The position numbers and the translations under genes are program-made. DNA of 64,000 nucleotides. Origin: Desulfurellaceae bacterium. GTDB taxonomy: Bacteria > Desulfobacterota > Binatia > Bin18. A model generated the notes under the pieces. The model was given only the letters and a program-made list of their open reading frames with translations. It ran no database searches and was not told where the DNA came from. Location of the stretch: positions 605 through 64,604 of the forward strand of contig JAGWBB010000020.1 of the NCBI GenBank assembly GCA_021296095.1, given 5' to 3'. Below, one piece after another: positions 10,207 through 21,145 of the stretch. Every line of letters starts with the position of its first letter. Within the stretch, counting starts at the first letter, position 1.

Positions 10207-10695
10207 TCAGCAGGAAAGGTGTTCGCCAAGTTGACGTATCACGCCTTGGTAGGGCCCGCCATACGCCGTCAGCGTAATGACCCGGGCATCGGCAGGACCA
10301 AAGCGTATGGATACCAACAGATACTCCTCAAGCAGACCGGCCGGCAGAAACCGGAACCATTCGACGGCACTCACTCCCCGGCCGGACAGATACTCCTCAA
10401 GCCCCAACTCCTCCATATCCTCAGCCCCAAGGCCCTCCAGACGGTACAGGTCGATATGGAACAGCGCAGCCCCCTGCCTATAATGCTCAGCGATAAGAGT
10501 AAAGGTGGGGCTGGTGATCTCCTCGCCATCAAGTCCCAAGCCGACGGCCAGGCCCTTCACAAAACAGGTTTTACCGGCCCCCAGGTCACCATCGAGGCCG
10601 ACCACGGCGCCGAGCCACAGGCGCCGCCCGACCTCCCGGCCGAGCGCCCGGGTCTGTTCGGGGCTGCACGTCCGTACGGTCAGGCTGGCATTCAT
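10207..10695 (-). CDS. tsaE: tRNA threonylcarbamoyladenosine biosynthesis ATPase TsaE (YjeE)
   Basis: The Walker A motif [14 protein letters not shown], the ...SPTFTLI... motif and the 162 aa length are typical of TsaE. It overlaps the nnr stop. Confidence 0.85.
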   Translation of the reverse strand: MNASLTVRTCSPEQTRALGREVGRRLWLGAVVGLDGDLGAGKTCFVKGLAVGLGLDGEEITSPTFTLIAEHYRQGAALFHIDLYRLEGLGAEDMEELGLEEYLSGRGVSAVEWFRFLPAGLLEEYLLVSIRFGPADARVITLTAYGGPYQGVIRQLGEHLSC

Positions 10696-12278
10696 GGCCG
10701 AGGCGCGGGCCGGGCGGAGGCTGACAGCGAGCGGAGCGAGCGCGGCAGCCGGTCGATAACATCGCGGGCCAGGATCCCGGCCGGTCCGATCTCCCGGGCG
10801 GCCAGGTCACCCGCGCTGCCATGTATGAAGACGCCCAGCTGACACGCCTCGGCGGGTTGATAGCCCTGGGCCAGCAGGCCGCCAATAATCCCGGCCAAGA
10901 CATCGCCCATCCCCCCGCTGGCCATCCCGGGATTGCCGGTCGGGTTGATCCAGGCCCAGCCGTCGGGAGCGGCAATGACCGTCCGGGCGCCTTTGAGAAC
11001 GACATGACACCGAAAGGAGGTGGCAAAGTCGCGGGCACACTCAAGACGGCTGGCCTGGACCTCGGCCGAGCTGGAGTTGGTCAGCCTTGCCATTTCGCCC
11101 GGATGCGGGGTCAGCACGACCGGCTGCGACGCGTCCCGCAGCATGGCGGGCTGGCTGGCCACGCAGTTCAGGCCGTCGGCGTCGATCAGGAGCGGCAGCT
11201 CAGTATTCTTGAGCAGCCAGCGGGTCAGCTTCAGCGTGTCGGCCGATACGCCAATACCCGGCCCGAAGGCGACCGCGGTCCGGGCCTGGAGCGCCTCACG
11301 CAGCGCACCGGCCGCCATCCGCAGGCTGCCATCGGCGCGTTCGGGCAGGCCAAGCGTCATGGCTTCGAGCACCGCCGCAGAAAAGACCGGAACGAGGGAC
11401 TCAGGCCCGGCCAGGGTCACCAGACCGGTTCCGGTCCGCAGACCGGCCGAGGCGGCCAACAGCGCGGCACCGCTCTTGCCCCGGGCGCCGGCTAAAACCA
11501 GCAGGTGCCCGAAGCTGCCCTTGTGTGAGTCGGGCTGACGAGCCTGAACAAACCGCCGCACCGTTTCGGGACTCAGCAGCTCCACGGTCGGCCGGACTGT
11601 GGCCAGCGCTTCAGGCGCGGTTCCGATATCAACGACCACCAGACGGCCGGCATAGTCCAACCCGGGGTACTGGCTCAGACCGAGCTTGGGATAGCCGAAG
11701 GTGACGGTCAGTCGGGCCCGCACCGCGTCCCCCAGGGGCTGTCCCCGGTCGGCATCCAAGCCGGACGGAATATCGACCGCGACCACCGGCCGGCCACTGC
11801 CGTTGACCAGTGCGATCAGTCCGGCGGCCAGGCCCCGGACTGGCGCGTTAAGTCCGGTCCCCAGCAGGGCATCAACGACCAGACCACAGCTGCGGAGCTT
11901 GTCCTCGACCAGCGGCAGCTGATCCGGCCGGGTCACTTCGGTGATGCGTCCTCGGCCGCGCACAAAGGCCGACAGCGCGCGGCGCGCATCGCCACCTACG
12001 TCCGCCCGTTTTGCCGCCAGGACGACCTCGCAGGTCAGATCGCGTTGTCTGAGCAGGCGAGCCATGACAAAGCCATCACCGCCGTTGTTGCCCTTGCCGG
12101 CCAGCACCAGCACGCGAGCCTTCCGGGTGTCGCTCAGGAGTTGCGGAAACGCCTCCAGCAGGTGAGTCGTGGCCCCAGCTCCGGCCCGTTCCATGAGAAC
12201 CCGACCCGGTGTGCCGTAGCGCTCGATGGTGAGCCGGTCGAGCTCCCGCATCTGTTGGCCCGTCACCAGATACGTCAC
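10692..12278 (-). CDS. nnr: Bifunctional NAD(P)H-hydrate epimerase / ADP-dependent dehydratase (YjeF/Nnr)
   Basis: 528 aa. The N-terminal YjeF_N segment is ...[21 protein letters not shown].... The C-terminal carbohydrate-kinase-like domain is ...[31 protein letters not shown]...GHPGEMARL...GDVLAG. Confidence 0.85.
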   Translation of the reverse strand: MTYLVTGQQMRELDRLTIERYGTPGRVLMERAGAGATTHLLEAFPQLLSDTRKARVLVLAGKGNNGGDGFVMARLLRQRDLTCEVVLAAKRADVGGDARRALSAFVRGRGRITEVTRPDQLPLVEDKLRSCGLVVDALLGTGLNAPVRGLAAGLIALVNGSGRPVVAVDIPSGLDADRGQPLGDAVRARLTVTFGYPKLGLSQYPGLDYAGRLVVVDIGTAPEALATVRPTVELLSPETVRRFVQARQPDSHKGSFGHLLVLAGARGKSGAALLAASAGLRTGTGLVTLAGPESLVPVFSAAVLEAMTLGLPERADGSLRMAAGALREALQARTAVAFGPGIGVSADTLKLTRWLLKNTELPLLIDADGLNCVASQPAMLRDASQPVVLTPHPGEMARLTNSSSAEVQASRLECARDFATSFRCHVVLKGARTVIAAPDGWAWINPTGNPGMASGGMGDVLAGIIGGLLAQGYQPAEACQLGVFIHGSAGDLAAREIGPAGILARDVIDRLPRSLRSLSASARPAPRP

Positions 12279-13681
12279 GGCTCTTGCTCCGATTCGCCCA
12301 GATGGGTGCGCACCGCGTCGGCCACCTCCTCGCCGTAGCCGCGTACCCGGTCGGCGTCGGCGCCTTCAACCATGACTCTGACCAGGGGTTCGGTGCCGGA
12401 GTAGCGCACCAGCAGGCGGCCGGAATCGCCCAGCGCCTCGCTCACCCGCCGAATGGCCAGGGCGATAGGTTCGACGCTGGCCAGATCGCGCCGCTCCCGG
12501 ACTCTGACATTGATGAGGTGTTGGGGGTAACGCGTCATCACCCGCTTGAGTCCGGACAGCGGCTGTTGGCGCTGAATCATGATGGCCAAGACCGACAAAA
12601 AGGTAATCAGCCCGTCCCCGGTCGTACCGGTGTCCAGGAAGACCACATGTCCGGACTGCTCTCCGCCCAGCACATAACCACCCCGTCGCATCGCTTCGAC
12701 CACATAGCGGTCGCCAACCGGGGTGCGGACCAGCTGTCCACCCATCCGGCGTAGCGCCGCCTCAAGGCCGAGGTTGCTCATCACGGTGGCTACCAGGGTC
12801 TTGTGTGGCAGGCTGTCGGTCCGCAGTTTTTCCTCGGCCGCAATCGCCAAAATGGCGTCGCCATCAACGACCTCGGCGGTCTCATCAACCAGGATGGCCC
12901 GGTCGGCGTCGCCGTCGAGGGCCAGCCCGATGTCCGCCCCGGTCTCGCGGACCAGGCGTTGTACGTGGTGCGGGTGGAGCGCTCCGCAGTCGGCGTTGAT
13001 ATTCTCTCCGTTCGGCTCAACCCCAACCGCAGTCACCTGCGCGCCCAACTCGGTCAGGACTTCGGGAGCTACTCGGTAGCCCGCGCCGTTGGCGCAGTCG
13101 ATGACGACTTTGATCCCGTCTAGGGTCAGTTCACGCGGAAAGGCGGTCTTGGCAAAGACGTTGTAGCGGCCCAGGGCGTCATCCACCCGGGTGGCTTTGC
13201 CGATGGCGGTTGCGGTGGGTCGCAAATGGTCGATCTTGCCGTCCATGACCAGCGCCTCAAGGCGGTCTTCCAGACTGTCGGGTAGCTTGAACCCGTCCCG
13301 CGAGAAAATCTTGACCCCGTTGTCCTGGAACGGGTTGTGCGAGGCGGAGATCACGACGCCGGCATTCGCCCGCTGGCTGCGGGTCAGAAAGGCAATCCCG
13401 GGAGTCGGCAGAGGCCCGACCAGGAGCACGTCGGCACCCATCGAACAGATGCCGGAGGCCAGGGCGGTCTCAAGCATATAGCCCGACAAACGGGTGTCCT
13501 TGCCGATCAGAATCCTGTGCCGGCCCGGCACGTCGCGAAACACATAGGCCAGAGCCCGGCCGAGCCGCAGCGCCGTTTCAGCCGTCATGGGCTCGATATT
13601 GGCGACGCCCCGAATGCCGTCGGTGCCAAACAAGCGTTCCCCGGTATGCGCATCGCCCTGCCCGTTGCCCCTGTCCGTCAT
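12275..13681 (-). CDS. glmM: Phosphoglucosamine mutase
   Basis: [10 protein letters not shown]...[14 protein letters not shown] (the active-site Ser loop)...GDGDADR. The start was trimmed to the ATG at 13681-13679 (MTDRGNGQ...). Gene order cdaA-cdaR-glmM. Confidence 0.88.
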   Translation of the reverse strand: MTDRGNGQGDAHTGERLFGTDGIRGVANIEPMTAETALRLGRALAYVFRDVPGRHRILIGKDTRLSGYMLETALASGICSMGADVLLVGPLPTPGIAFLTRSQRANAGVVISASHNPFQDNGVKIFSRDGFKLPDSLEDRLEALVMDGKIDHLRPTATAIGKATRVDDALGRYNVFAKTAFPRELTLDGIKVVIDCANGAGYRVAPEVLTELGAQVTAVGVEPNGENINADCGALHPHHVQRLVRETGADIGLALDGDADRAILVDETAEVVDGDAILAIAAEEKLRTDSLPHKTLVATVMSNLGLEAALRRMGGQLVRTPVGDRYVVEAMRRGGYVLGGEQSGHVVFLDTGTTGDGLITFLSVLAIMIQRQQPLSGLKRVMTRYPQHLINVRVRERRDLASVEPIALAIRRVSEALGDSGRLLVRYSGTEPLVRVMVEGADADRVRGYGEEVADAVRTHLGESEQEP

Positions 13682-13718
13682 ACGCCGTATCCCTCTCGCC
13701 CGTGCGGCTGCGACGCGC

Positions 13719-14720
13719 CTAGTGTCCGTCCGCAGTCCCGACGGATTCCGCTTGTGACTCCTGGTCTTCCACATCCGACTGAACGGCCGGTATGTCGATC
13801 AGGGTCAGAGACACCTCGTGCGGCTCTTGGGAGACAATCTCCACCCCCGGCGGCACCAGCACCGTGACGACAACCGGCGCCGTCCCCGGCTCGTGACTGG
13901 CCGCATCCACAAACACCTCCTCCTCGGTCAGCTGTAGCTGTTCCAGCACCCGCCTGGGGCCGGACACGACAACATCGACCGTGGCGGGATCGAGGCTGGA
14001 GGCCAAGTCCGTATTGCGCACGGTCAGCGCGATCTGTTGGAAGGCACGCGAGAGTATCACGTCCTGCACGTCGACCCGGACGCGCACCTGTTGCAGATTG
14101 TAGGACAGCAGACCGTCCTGGGGCCGCATCAAATCAAGATCGAGCGTCGTCGATTGGGTCAGCCGACTCAGCTGCAAGGGCTCGGTCAGCACAAACTGCA
14201 GACGGGCGACAGCCGGCGCCGGACCGGTGACCTCGACGGTATCGGGCACTAGCTCCATCTCGCCGACCCGGTAGTCCGGGGGCGGCTCGTCGTGCACGTC
14301 AAGATGGACCGGCAAGGTGCGCGTCTCAATCCGAGCAATATCGAGGTTGACCTGAGACGGACTGATCCGCACCAACTGCACTCCGCGCGGCAGGCTGAGC
14401 CGCTCGGACCCGATCCGGAAAGACGAGCGTCCGGGACGCATCCCGGCCAGGTCCAGCACGACTTTTTGCTGGTCAAGCAAGCCCAGCAGGGTGCGCGGTC
14501 CAAGGACCTGAACATCGACCGAATCGACCTGTGCGCCGGTCACGACCAGGTGGGGCGGCAGGTTGCGCCATTCGAGCGGAAAGGTCAACGACTTTTCGGT
14601 GTCCCGCTCTCCGGCGTTCACCATCAGCCACAGTCCGGCGGCAAAGACCACGGAGAACCCTTTCATAAAGAGATTCCGAAAGATGAGCCGCCAGGCGATA
14701 TGCAAGCCGTGCTTAAGCAT
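13719..14720 (-). CDS. cdaR: YbbR-domain protein (CdaR-like regulator of diadenylate cyclase)
   Basis: Repeated YbbR-like beta segments follow an N-terminal TM helix ([16 protein letters not shown]). The ATG at 14720-14718 overlaps the cdaA stop by 8 nt. An alternative start is the ATG at 14666. Confidence 0.7.
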   Translation of the reverse strand: MLKHGLHIAWRLIFRNLFMKGFSVVFAAGLWLMVNAGERDTEKSLTFPLEWRNLPPHLVVTGAQVDSVDVQVLGPRTLLGLLDQQKVVLDLAGMRPGRSSFRIGSERLSLPRGVQLVRISPSQVNLDIARIETRTLPVHLDVHDEPPPDYRVGEMELVPDTVEVTGPAPAVARLQFVLTEPLQLSRLTQSTTLDLDLMRPQDGLLSYNLQQVRVRVDVQDVILSRAFQQIALTVRNTDLASSLDPATVDVVVSGPRRVLEQLQLTEEEVFVDAASHEPGTAPVVVTVLVPPGVEIVSQEPHEVSLTLIDIPAVQSDVEDQESQAESVGTADGH

Positions 14721-15468
14721 GGACAAAAAACTGCTGGAGCGAGGCACGCAGCGTGCCGACATCCAGGTTGCGCTCAATCCGCCCTTCCCGCACCAGGGAG
14801 ACAGCCCCTTCCTCTTCCGACACCACAACAACAAGCGCATCGGTCTCCTCGGTCAGCCCGATTGCCGCCCGGTGACGTGTACCGAGGTGTCTGTCTACTC
14901 CGGGATTGGCAGTCAGCGGCAAGAAACATCCTGCTGCGCTTATCCGCCCGGCCTGGATGACAACCGCACCATCATGAATCGGCGAGGCGGGCAGAAAAAT
15001 ACTCTCCAGCATTTCTCTGCCCACCCGAGCATCAAGCGGGGTGCCGAACCGGATGTAATCGTTAAGCCCAACAGTCCGCTCGAGGACGATCAGCGCCCCG
15101 ACTCGTTTTGCGGCCAAGGACACTGCCGCCTGACTGACCTCTTCGACAACCGAGGCATACGCGGTTCGCACGCGAACGCCGAGCAGCGAGCCACGCCCCA
15201 TCTCGGTCAAGGCCCGGCGGATATCGTTCTGAAACAGCACGACAATCACCAGCAGGATCGAGCCGAGGAAGTTATCCAGCATCCAGTTCAGGGTGTACAA
15301 CTCCAAGAGCTGAGAGCCGAGGTAGGCCAGAAACAGGAGGACGAGACCGACCAGCATCTGCACCGCCCGGGTGCCGCGGATCAGATGGAGGATCCAGTAC
15401 ACCCCACAGGCGATGAGGACGACATCAAGCAGGTCTTGCCAGCGCAGTTGAACGAAGAGATCGGCCAT
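14713..15468 (-). CDS. cdaA: Diadenylate cyclase CdaA (DisA_N domain, membrane-anchored)
   Basis: Three N-terminal TM helices are followed by the DAC domain ...DGAVVIQAGRISAAGCFLPLT...GTRHRAAIGLTEETDALVVVVSEEEG. The start was set to the ATG at 15468-15466 (MADLFVQLRW...); the 36-codon upstream extension is Arg-rich. Confidence 0.85.
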   Translation of the reverse strand: MADLFVQLRWQDLLDVVLIACGVYWILHLIRGTRAVQMLVGLVLLFLAYLGSQLLELYTLNWMLDNFLGSILLVIVVLFQNDIRRALTEMGRGSLLGVRVRTAYASVVEEVSQAAVSLAAKRVGALIVLERTVGLNDYIRFGTPLDARVGREMLESIFLPASPIHDGAVVIQAGRISAAGCFLPLTANPGVDRHLGTRHRAAIGLTEETDALVVVVSEEEGAVSLVREGRIERNLDVGTLRASLQQFFVHA

Positions 15469-15625
15469 GGAGCTTAGGCTACCGCCCCCGCACCAATCAG
15501 AGCGACCATCCGCCCGGACAGGGGCGGTGCCTGTACGACGGCGTCGGGGCGTCTCCTGAGGACACCCCTCGAACACCGGTGGCCGGGACAGGCGGCGGGT
15601 GGCATTGGTGGCCTCACTTTTCGGA

Positions 15626-17461
15626 CTAGGCTCCGGCCGGTGCCGGGGAATCCTTCATCCCGTCCGGCTCTTTGCCAAACAGCTTAATCATCTCGGCAAT
15701 CTCGGCCCCGTCAAGGACTTCCTTCTCCAGAAGGTGCTCGGCCATCTTGTGCAAGACCTCGATATTGGTCTGCAACAGCGCCTTGGCCCGTTCATAAGCG
15801 TGCATGATGATCTGACGCACCTCGGTATCAATCTCAATCGCCGTCTGCTCAGAATATTCTTTCATCTGGGTGAAATCGCGGCCCAGAAAAATCTGCTCAT
15901 CCTTTTTGCCGAACGTCATCGGCCCCAGCTTCTCACTCATGCCCCACTCACACACCATACGCCGGGCCAGGTCGGTCGCTTTCTCAATATCGTCGCCCGC
16001 GCCGGTCGTGGTATGGCCGAGCACAATCTCTTCCGCCACCCGACCGCCAAACATGACCGCCAGCCGCTTGAGCACATAGTCTTTGGAGAAGGTATGCCGG
16101 TCGTCGACCGGGACTTGCTGGGTCACTCCCAGCGCCATGCCGCGCGGGATGATCGAGACCTTGTGGACCGGATCGGTGCCGGGGGTGAGTCCGGCGACGA
16201 GCGCATGGCCAGCCTCGTGGTAGGCGGTGTTGCGTTTCTCTTCGGACGTCAGGATCAGGCTGCGCCGCTCAGCTCCCATCAAGACTTTGTCTTTGGACAG
16301 CTCAAAGTCTTCCATGCCGACTTTTTCTTTGTTCTGGCGGGCGGCCAGCAGGGCGGCCTCGTTCACCAGGTTCTCAAGATCGGCCCCGGAGAAACCCGGC
16401 GTTGCCCGGGCCAGGGTTTCGACATCAACACTCTCGTCGGTTGGAACCCGGCGGCTGTGGACGCGCAGGATCTCTTCACGGCCACGGACATCCGGGTGGG
16501 GCACGACCACCCGCCGATCAAACCGTCCCGGCCGCAGCAGGGCCGGATCGAGCACGTCGGGCCGGTTGGTGGCGGCAATGAGGATCACCCCCTCATTGGC
16601 CTCGAACCCGTCCATCTCGACCAGGAGCTGATTGAGCGTCTGCTCGCGTTCGTCGTGGCCGCCGCCCAGTCCCGCCCCGCGGTGGCGACCGACCGCGTCA
16701 ATCTCGTCGATAAAGATCAGGCACGGCGCCTGTTTCTTGCCCTGGATGAACAGGTCGCGGACGCGCGACGCGCCGACGCCGACAAACATCTCGACAAAGT
16801 CGGAGCCGCTGATGGAAAAGAACGGCACCCCGGCCTCGCCGGCAATCGCCCGGGCCAGCAGGGTTTTCCCGGTTCCCGGCGCGCCAACCAGCAACACGCC
16901 CTTGGGAATCCGACCGCCCAGGCGGGTGAACTTTTTGGGGTCTTTCAGGAAGGCGATGATCTCTTCCAGCTCCTGCTTGGCCTCCTCAATGCCCGCGACA
17001 TCACTAAAAGTCACCGTCTGCTGATTTTCGGTCAGCACCTTGGCGCGGCTCTTGCCAAACGACATGGCCTTGCCCCCGCCCATCTGCATCTGGCGCATGA
17101 AGAACACCCAGACGCCGATCAGGAGCAGCATCGGGAACCACTGGACCAGAACCGCCACATACCACGGATCGCTGTCCTCGGGCCGGGCGCTCACTCGCAC
17201 GCCCTGCTCGCGCAGGGTGTGCATCAGCTCGGGATCGTCCGGCGCAAAGGTGGTAAAGCGGCTGTCGTCGCTGAAGCGGCCGTGGATCGTCTGTCCCTGT
17301 ATGGTGACCTCGGAGACTTCCCCGCGTTGGAGAGCGGCAAAGAAATCGCTGAACGCTACCTCGGGTTTTGGGGACTGCTGGCGGCTGAATACGTTAAACA
17401 GCAGGAGAATCATGAGTCCCAACACCAGCCATAAAGCGAGATTGTGTGAAACTTTGTTCAC
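15626..17461 (-). CDS. ftsH: ATP-dependent zinc metalloprotease FtsH
   Basis: 611 aa. Contains the AAA+ Walker A motif [19 protein letters not shown], the SRH segment, and the zinc motif HEAGHAL in the M41 peptidase domain. Confidence 0.95.
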   Translation of the reverse strand: MNKVSHNLALWLVLGLMILLLFNVFSRQQSPKPEVAFSDFFAALQRGEVSEVTIQGQTIHGRFSDDSRFTTFAPDDPELMHTLREQGVRVSARPEDSDPWYVAVLVQWFPMLLLIGVWVFFMRQMQMGGGKAMSFGKSRAKVLTENQQTVTFSDVAGIEEAKQELEEIIAFLKDPKKFTRLGGRIPKGVLLVGAPGTGKTLLARAIAGEAGVPFFSISGSDFVEMFVGVGASRVRDLFIQGKKQAPCLIFIDEIDAVGRHRGAGLGGGHDEREQTLNQLLVEMDGFEANEGVILIAATNRPDVLDPALLRPGRFDRRVVVPHPDVRGREEILRVHSRRVPTDESVDVETLARATPGFSGADLENLVNEAALLAARQNKEKVGMEDFELSKDKVLMGAERRSLILTSEEKRNTAYHEAGHALVAGLTPGTDPVHKVSIIPRGMALGVTQQVPVDDRHTFSKDYVLKRLAVMFGGRVAEEIVLGHTTTGAGDDIEKATDLARRMVCEWGMSEKLGPMTFGKKDEQIFLGRDFTQMKEYSEQTAIEIDTEVRQIIMHAYERAKALLQTNIEVLHKMAEHLLEKEVLDGAEIAEMIKLFGKEPDGMKDSPAPAGA

Positions 17462-17495
17462 TCCTTAAAGCCCCCTTCCGTTACCTGCGGCCAGC

Positions 17496-18977
17496 CTAAC
17501 ATAGTTCTACTTTCTCCGGCAATGGGCTGACCACGCACTGGCATACCGCACGCGTCGTCGTCGTCACCAGTCCGACCTTGCCCCGGACGTGGCCAGGCAC
17601 CCAGGCCACCTCGACATCGTTGTCCGCCACAACGACCAGGGGAAAGACTGGGCGCAGACGGCGCGGCAGCTTGGCATCACTGAATACATCGTAAACTTTC
17701 TTTCGGCCAGCCATGCCCAGGGGAGCAATCCGGTCTCCGGGACGTGCGCTCCGGATCTGGAGTCCTGAGGCCACCAGCCTGGCGTCAAACACGGTCCGCC
17801 ACGGGTCAACCGTTCGTGCCTGGGCCGGAGCAGCCTGCCACGCGATCGGCGCACCCAGCCGACACCGCCAGCCGCTACCGGGAATGTGGAGGACGGCGGG
17901 CAGCCTCAGCTCTTGTCCGCAGGCGATGGGGTAGGCGTAGGGTTGGGTGATGAGTCGCTTTGGCTCAGCGATCAGACAGCCGTGCTCGACCCGGACCTGG
18001 AGGCTGCCGGGCAGTTCAACAGTCCCCCGGATCCGGCCCTCAGCCAGGACGCAGACCTGTTCGAGGTGGCGAAAGCCCAGTTCGCGGTCGGGATCGGCGC
18101 GTTCGAGCCACTGGCGCACGATACGCACCCGTAGGGCTGCGGGCTCCGCCGCCCAGGCGTGCAGGCACAGGCCGGGCTTACCGTCCCGCTCCTGCTCGAC
18201 GCGCTCCCGCGCTCCCGTTGTCGCGGCTTCGAGCCAGTCCTCCTCTGCGCGCAGAGTGTCGGCCAGATGAACCAGATGACGAGCGATACGGGGCGAGAAC
18301 TCGGTCGCCAGCAGGGGCAGCAGACGGTGCCGAATGCGGTTGCGGGCATAGCTCAGGTCGGCGTTGCTGGGATCGGTCACAGACGACAGCCTGCGCTCGG
18401 CCAGATACGCCAGGACTTCCTGCCGCGTACAGTCCAGCAGCGGACGGATGAGCCGCTTATCCCCCCGCGTTCCGATCATACGGCTCGGCGGCATACCGCT
18501 CAGGCCACGCCGGGCACTGCCCCGCAAGAGCCGAAACAACACGGTTTCGGCCTGGTCGTCCCGGGTATGGGCCAGAGCCAGATAGTCCAGCCCCTCCCGC
18601 TCCATTGCCACGCCAAAAAACCGATAGCGCTCGGCGCGCGCCCAGGCTTCGAGGCCATGTGGGGGGGAGGAGTCCAGTTTCTTGACCACACAGGGCAGCT
18701 GCCAGCGCCGACACAGCCGCTCGACGTGACGCTGTTCACGCTCGGCTTCCGGCCGCAGCCCATGGTTGACGTGGAGCACGCTGAGGGACAGTCGGGTGCT
18801 CTCCGGTTGGGCCAGCAGGGCGCTCAACAGGGCCACCGAGTCCGGGCCACCTGACACCCCGACTCCAATACGGATGGGGCGGTCACCCGGACCAGCATCT
18901 CCTTGGGAGGAAAAAAACCGCGCCAGAGCGGTTTTGACCTTGCGTTCGAGCGGAGAAAAACGCAAGCGATTTTTCAC
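17496..18977 (-). CDS. tilS: tRNA(Ile)-lysidine synthetase
   Basis: PP-loop motif IGVGVSGGPDSVALL. There is no in-frame ATG upstream of the PP-loop other than the far ATG at 19220, so the start is proposed at the GTG at 18977 (VKNRLRFSPLERK...), which has a GGAG 7 nt upstream. The N-terminal extent is uncertain. Confidence 0.7.
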   Translation of the reverse strand: MKNRLRFSPLERKVKTALARFFSSQGDAGPGDRPIRIGVGVSGGPDSVALLSALLAQPESTRLSLSVLHVNHGLRPEAEREQRHVERLCRRWQLPCVVKKLDSSPPHGLEAWARAERYRFFGVAMEREGLDYLALAHTRDDQAETVLFRLLRGSARRGLSGMPPSRMIGTRGDKRLIRPLLDCTRQEVLAYLAERRLSSVTDPSNADLSYARNRIRHRLLPLLATEFSPRIARHLVHLADTLRAEEDWLEAATTGARERVEQERDGKPGLCLHAWAAEPAALRVRIVRQWLERADPDRELGFRHLEQVCVLAEGRIRGTVELPGSLQVRVEHGCLIAEPKRLITQPYAYPIACGQELRLPAVLHIPGSGWRCRLGAPIAWQAAPAQARTVDPWRTVFDARLVASGLQIRSARPGDRIAPLGMAGRKKVYDVFSDAKLPRRLRPVFPLVVVADNDVEVAWVPGHVRGKVGLVTTTTRAVCQCVVSPLPEKVELC

Positions 18978-19073
18978 ATCCAGACTCCAGGAATGCACCC
19001 TTCCATACACCAAGCCTGGAGCGGTCGGCAAGGTCCTTGTGCCACGGCGAGAAGCTTGGCATGATGCCGAGCT

Positions 19074-19727
19074 GTGCGGCACCGCGTATTGGCATATCTT
19101 CGGTGGGTTCTGTTTGTCGGCTGCCTGCTTGGACCCGGCTCCGCTTCGGCAACCGACCTCCCCACCTGGAATCGGTCGCTCCCACCGGGCTTGGCGGAGC
19201 TGCTCCACGAACTCCACCAAAAGTATGGCCCCGATACGATTGCCCTCTTAGGCCGCCTGCTCGATACCGCCAGACGTAGCGGCGGTCTGCTCACCGCATC
19301 GGTGGAAGTGGTTGGCATTGAAACCCGGCAAGAACAGACCTTCCTGACTTTTCGGGTGCAGACCGGCCTGATCTATAACTCTCAAGTGCTGAACCCAACC
19401 GACCGGCTGGTGGACCTGTGGACCAAGATCGTGGCGCAGTCGTTCTTGGCCTTTGAGACCCTGGAATTTCCGGCCGACGGCGTGATGCTGGCCCTCCACT
19501 ACCACTCCCGACCCTACGCCAACCTTGAGCAGCTGAACGCGGCGCTCGACGATCCCGATCAGGCGGGCGAAGCCGGAGAGGTCAAGTTCTATTTCCCGAC
19601 AGAACCCCTGCACGCCTTTCTGAACAAAGAACTCTCGGCTCAGGAGCTGCTGGCCCAAGCCACCATTCTTGCCAACGGAGTCCCGGTCAGCCTCCAGCTT
19701 CCCCCCGCCCCAAAGAGCCAGACCTAG
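19074..19727 (+). CDS. Hypothetical secreted protein
   Basis: 217 aa ORF that does not overlap a better ORF. The N-terminus, MRHRVLAYLRWVLFVGCLLGPGSASA, is signal-peptide-like. No recognisable domain. Confidence 0.5.
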   Translation: MRHRVLAYLRWVLFVGCLLGPGSASATDLPTWNRSLPPGLAELLHELHQKYGPDTIALLGRLLDTARRSGGLLTASVEVVGIETRQEQTFLTFRVQTGLIYNSQVLNPTDRLVDLWTKIVAQSFLAFETLEFPADGVMLALHYHSRPYANLEQLNAALDDPDQAGEAGEVKFYFPTEPLHAFLNKELSAQELLAQATILANGVPVSLQLPPAPKSQT

Positions 19728-19757
19728 GCGGCCTGATCCCCGGACCCCAAGGGCTGC

Positions 19758-21065
19758 TCACCGAACGGGCGCGATACCATACTGCCGGAGCGTGTCCTCC
19801 ACAGTCGGCCGACCGAGCCGAATACGATCGTCGTTCAACAGGTAGGAGAAGATGTAGCCCAGGCCAAGCATCAGGATCCCGATCAAAAAGCAATAGATCA
19901 CGGCCCGGTCGGGATAGCTGTCCTTCAGATAACCCACGTACAGGGGACCGAAAATCCCTGCTGCGGCCCAGGCCGTCAGAATCGCTCCGTAGATGGTGGA
20001 CATCTTCTTCATGCCAAAGACATCGAGGACAAAAGAGGGCATGGTGGCAAAGCCGCCTCCGAAGCATAACAGGACGTAACACACGAGCGCGGAAAAGACC
20101 CAGGGGTTCCGCTCGGTCATCAGAATACCGAAGACGATCATCTGACTGAGGAGCAGAATTCTAAAGACCCGAACGCGGCCGATCCGGTCCGAGAGCAGGC
20201 CCCAGAATAGCCGCCCCACTCCGTTGCACAGCGAACTGACGGCGATCAGGGTCGCCCCATACTCGGCCAGCGTTGCCGGCTCCACCGAGGGGTCGGCCAG
20301 TCCCCACACTTCCTGCAGGAGTTGCGATTGAAAGCTGATGACGGAGATGCCCGCCGCGATATTGAAAAAAAAGACGATCCACATGAAGACGAACTCGGAA
20401 GACCGCAGATAGGGCGCAACCGAGTCACTCGATTCCGTCGCATTCCGAGGACTTGGGGCAACAGGTTCACCCCCGGCCGGAGGATCGCTCAAGGCCAGGC
20501 TGGAAGGCAGCAGGATACACGCAAAAACAACTCCGAGCCACAAGAAGATCAGGGCCAGGTCTCCCCCGGTTCGCAGAACCAGAAAGGGCGCCAGTCCCTT
20601 GCTCAAAATAAACGCCCCCACACCGAAGCCCATCACCACGGTACCGGTCACCAAGCCCTTGTAGTCCGGAAACCACTTGGCTGCGGTGGCGACTGGCGTT
20701 ACGTAGCCAAGCCCGATTCCCACCCCACCAATAACGCCATAGCCGAGGTAGAACAGCCCAATAGAGTCCAGATGCAGGGCCAGACTGGCCACAAGATAGC
20801 CACCCGAAAACAGGGCGCTGCCGACCAGCGCCAAGCGGCGCGGCCCGAACCGCGGCAGGGCGGCGCCCGCCCAGGCCGCAGCGGTGCCTAGCGAAAAAAT
20901 CGCGATACTGAAAGCCCAGGCTGTTTCCGTGAACGACCAGCCAAGCTGTCTGACGAGGAGAGTCTGAAAGAAACTCCAGGCATACACCGTCCCAAAGCAC
21001 AGCTGCAGGACGACGCAAAACAGGGCGATGATCGAGCGCGGGAGCCGCGCCTGTGGTTTCGCCAT
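19758..21065 (-). CDS. MFS transporter, oxalate:formate antiporter (OFA) family
   Basis: The 702 aa track ORF is spurious in its first 267 codons, which are Arg-rich. The real start is the ATG at 21065-21063, preceded by GGAG. The product MAKPQARLPRSIIALFCVVLQLCFGTVYAWSFF... has 12 predicted TM segments and the OFA-type YAWSFF motif. Confidence 0.8.
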   Translation of the reverse strand: MAKPQARLPRSIIALFCVVLQLCFGTVYAWSFFQTLLVRQLGWSFTETAWAFSIAIFSLGTAAAWAGAALPRFGPRRLALVGSALFSGGYLVASLALHLDSIGLFYLGYGVIGGVGIGLGYVTPVATAAKWFPDYKGLVTGTVVMGFGVGAFILSKGLAPFLVLRTGGDLALIFLWLGVVFACILLPSSLALSDPPAGGEPVAPSPRNATESSDSVAPYLRSSEFVFMWIVFFFNIAAGISVISFQSQLLQEVWGLADPSVEPATLAEYGATLIAVSSLCNGVGRLFWGLLSDRIGRVRVFRILLLSQMIVFGILMTERNPWVFSALVCYVLLCFGGGFATMPSFVLDVFGMKKMSTIYGAILTAWAAAGIFGPLYVGYLKDSYPDRAVIYCFLIGILMLGLGYIFSYLLNDDRIRLGRPTVEDTLRQYGIAPVR

Positions 21066-21145
21066 TCTCACTCCATCGCCTCTCGCAATTTCCCCGTGCG
21101 CTCCACCCCGCGCGGCGCGCCGTCGGAACTCCCGTGCGGACAGCG

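Noticed and set aside
15527-15544. CCGCCC-GGACAG-GGGCGG hairpin downstream of ftsH as a terminator
   Set aside because: Only a 6 bp stem and no U-tract on the transcribed strand. ftsH and cdaA may be co-transcribed.
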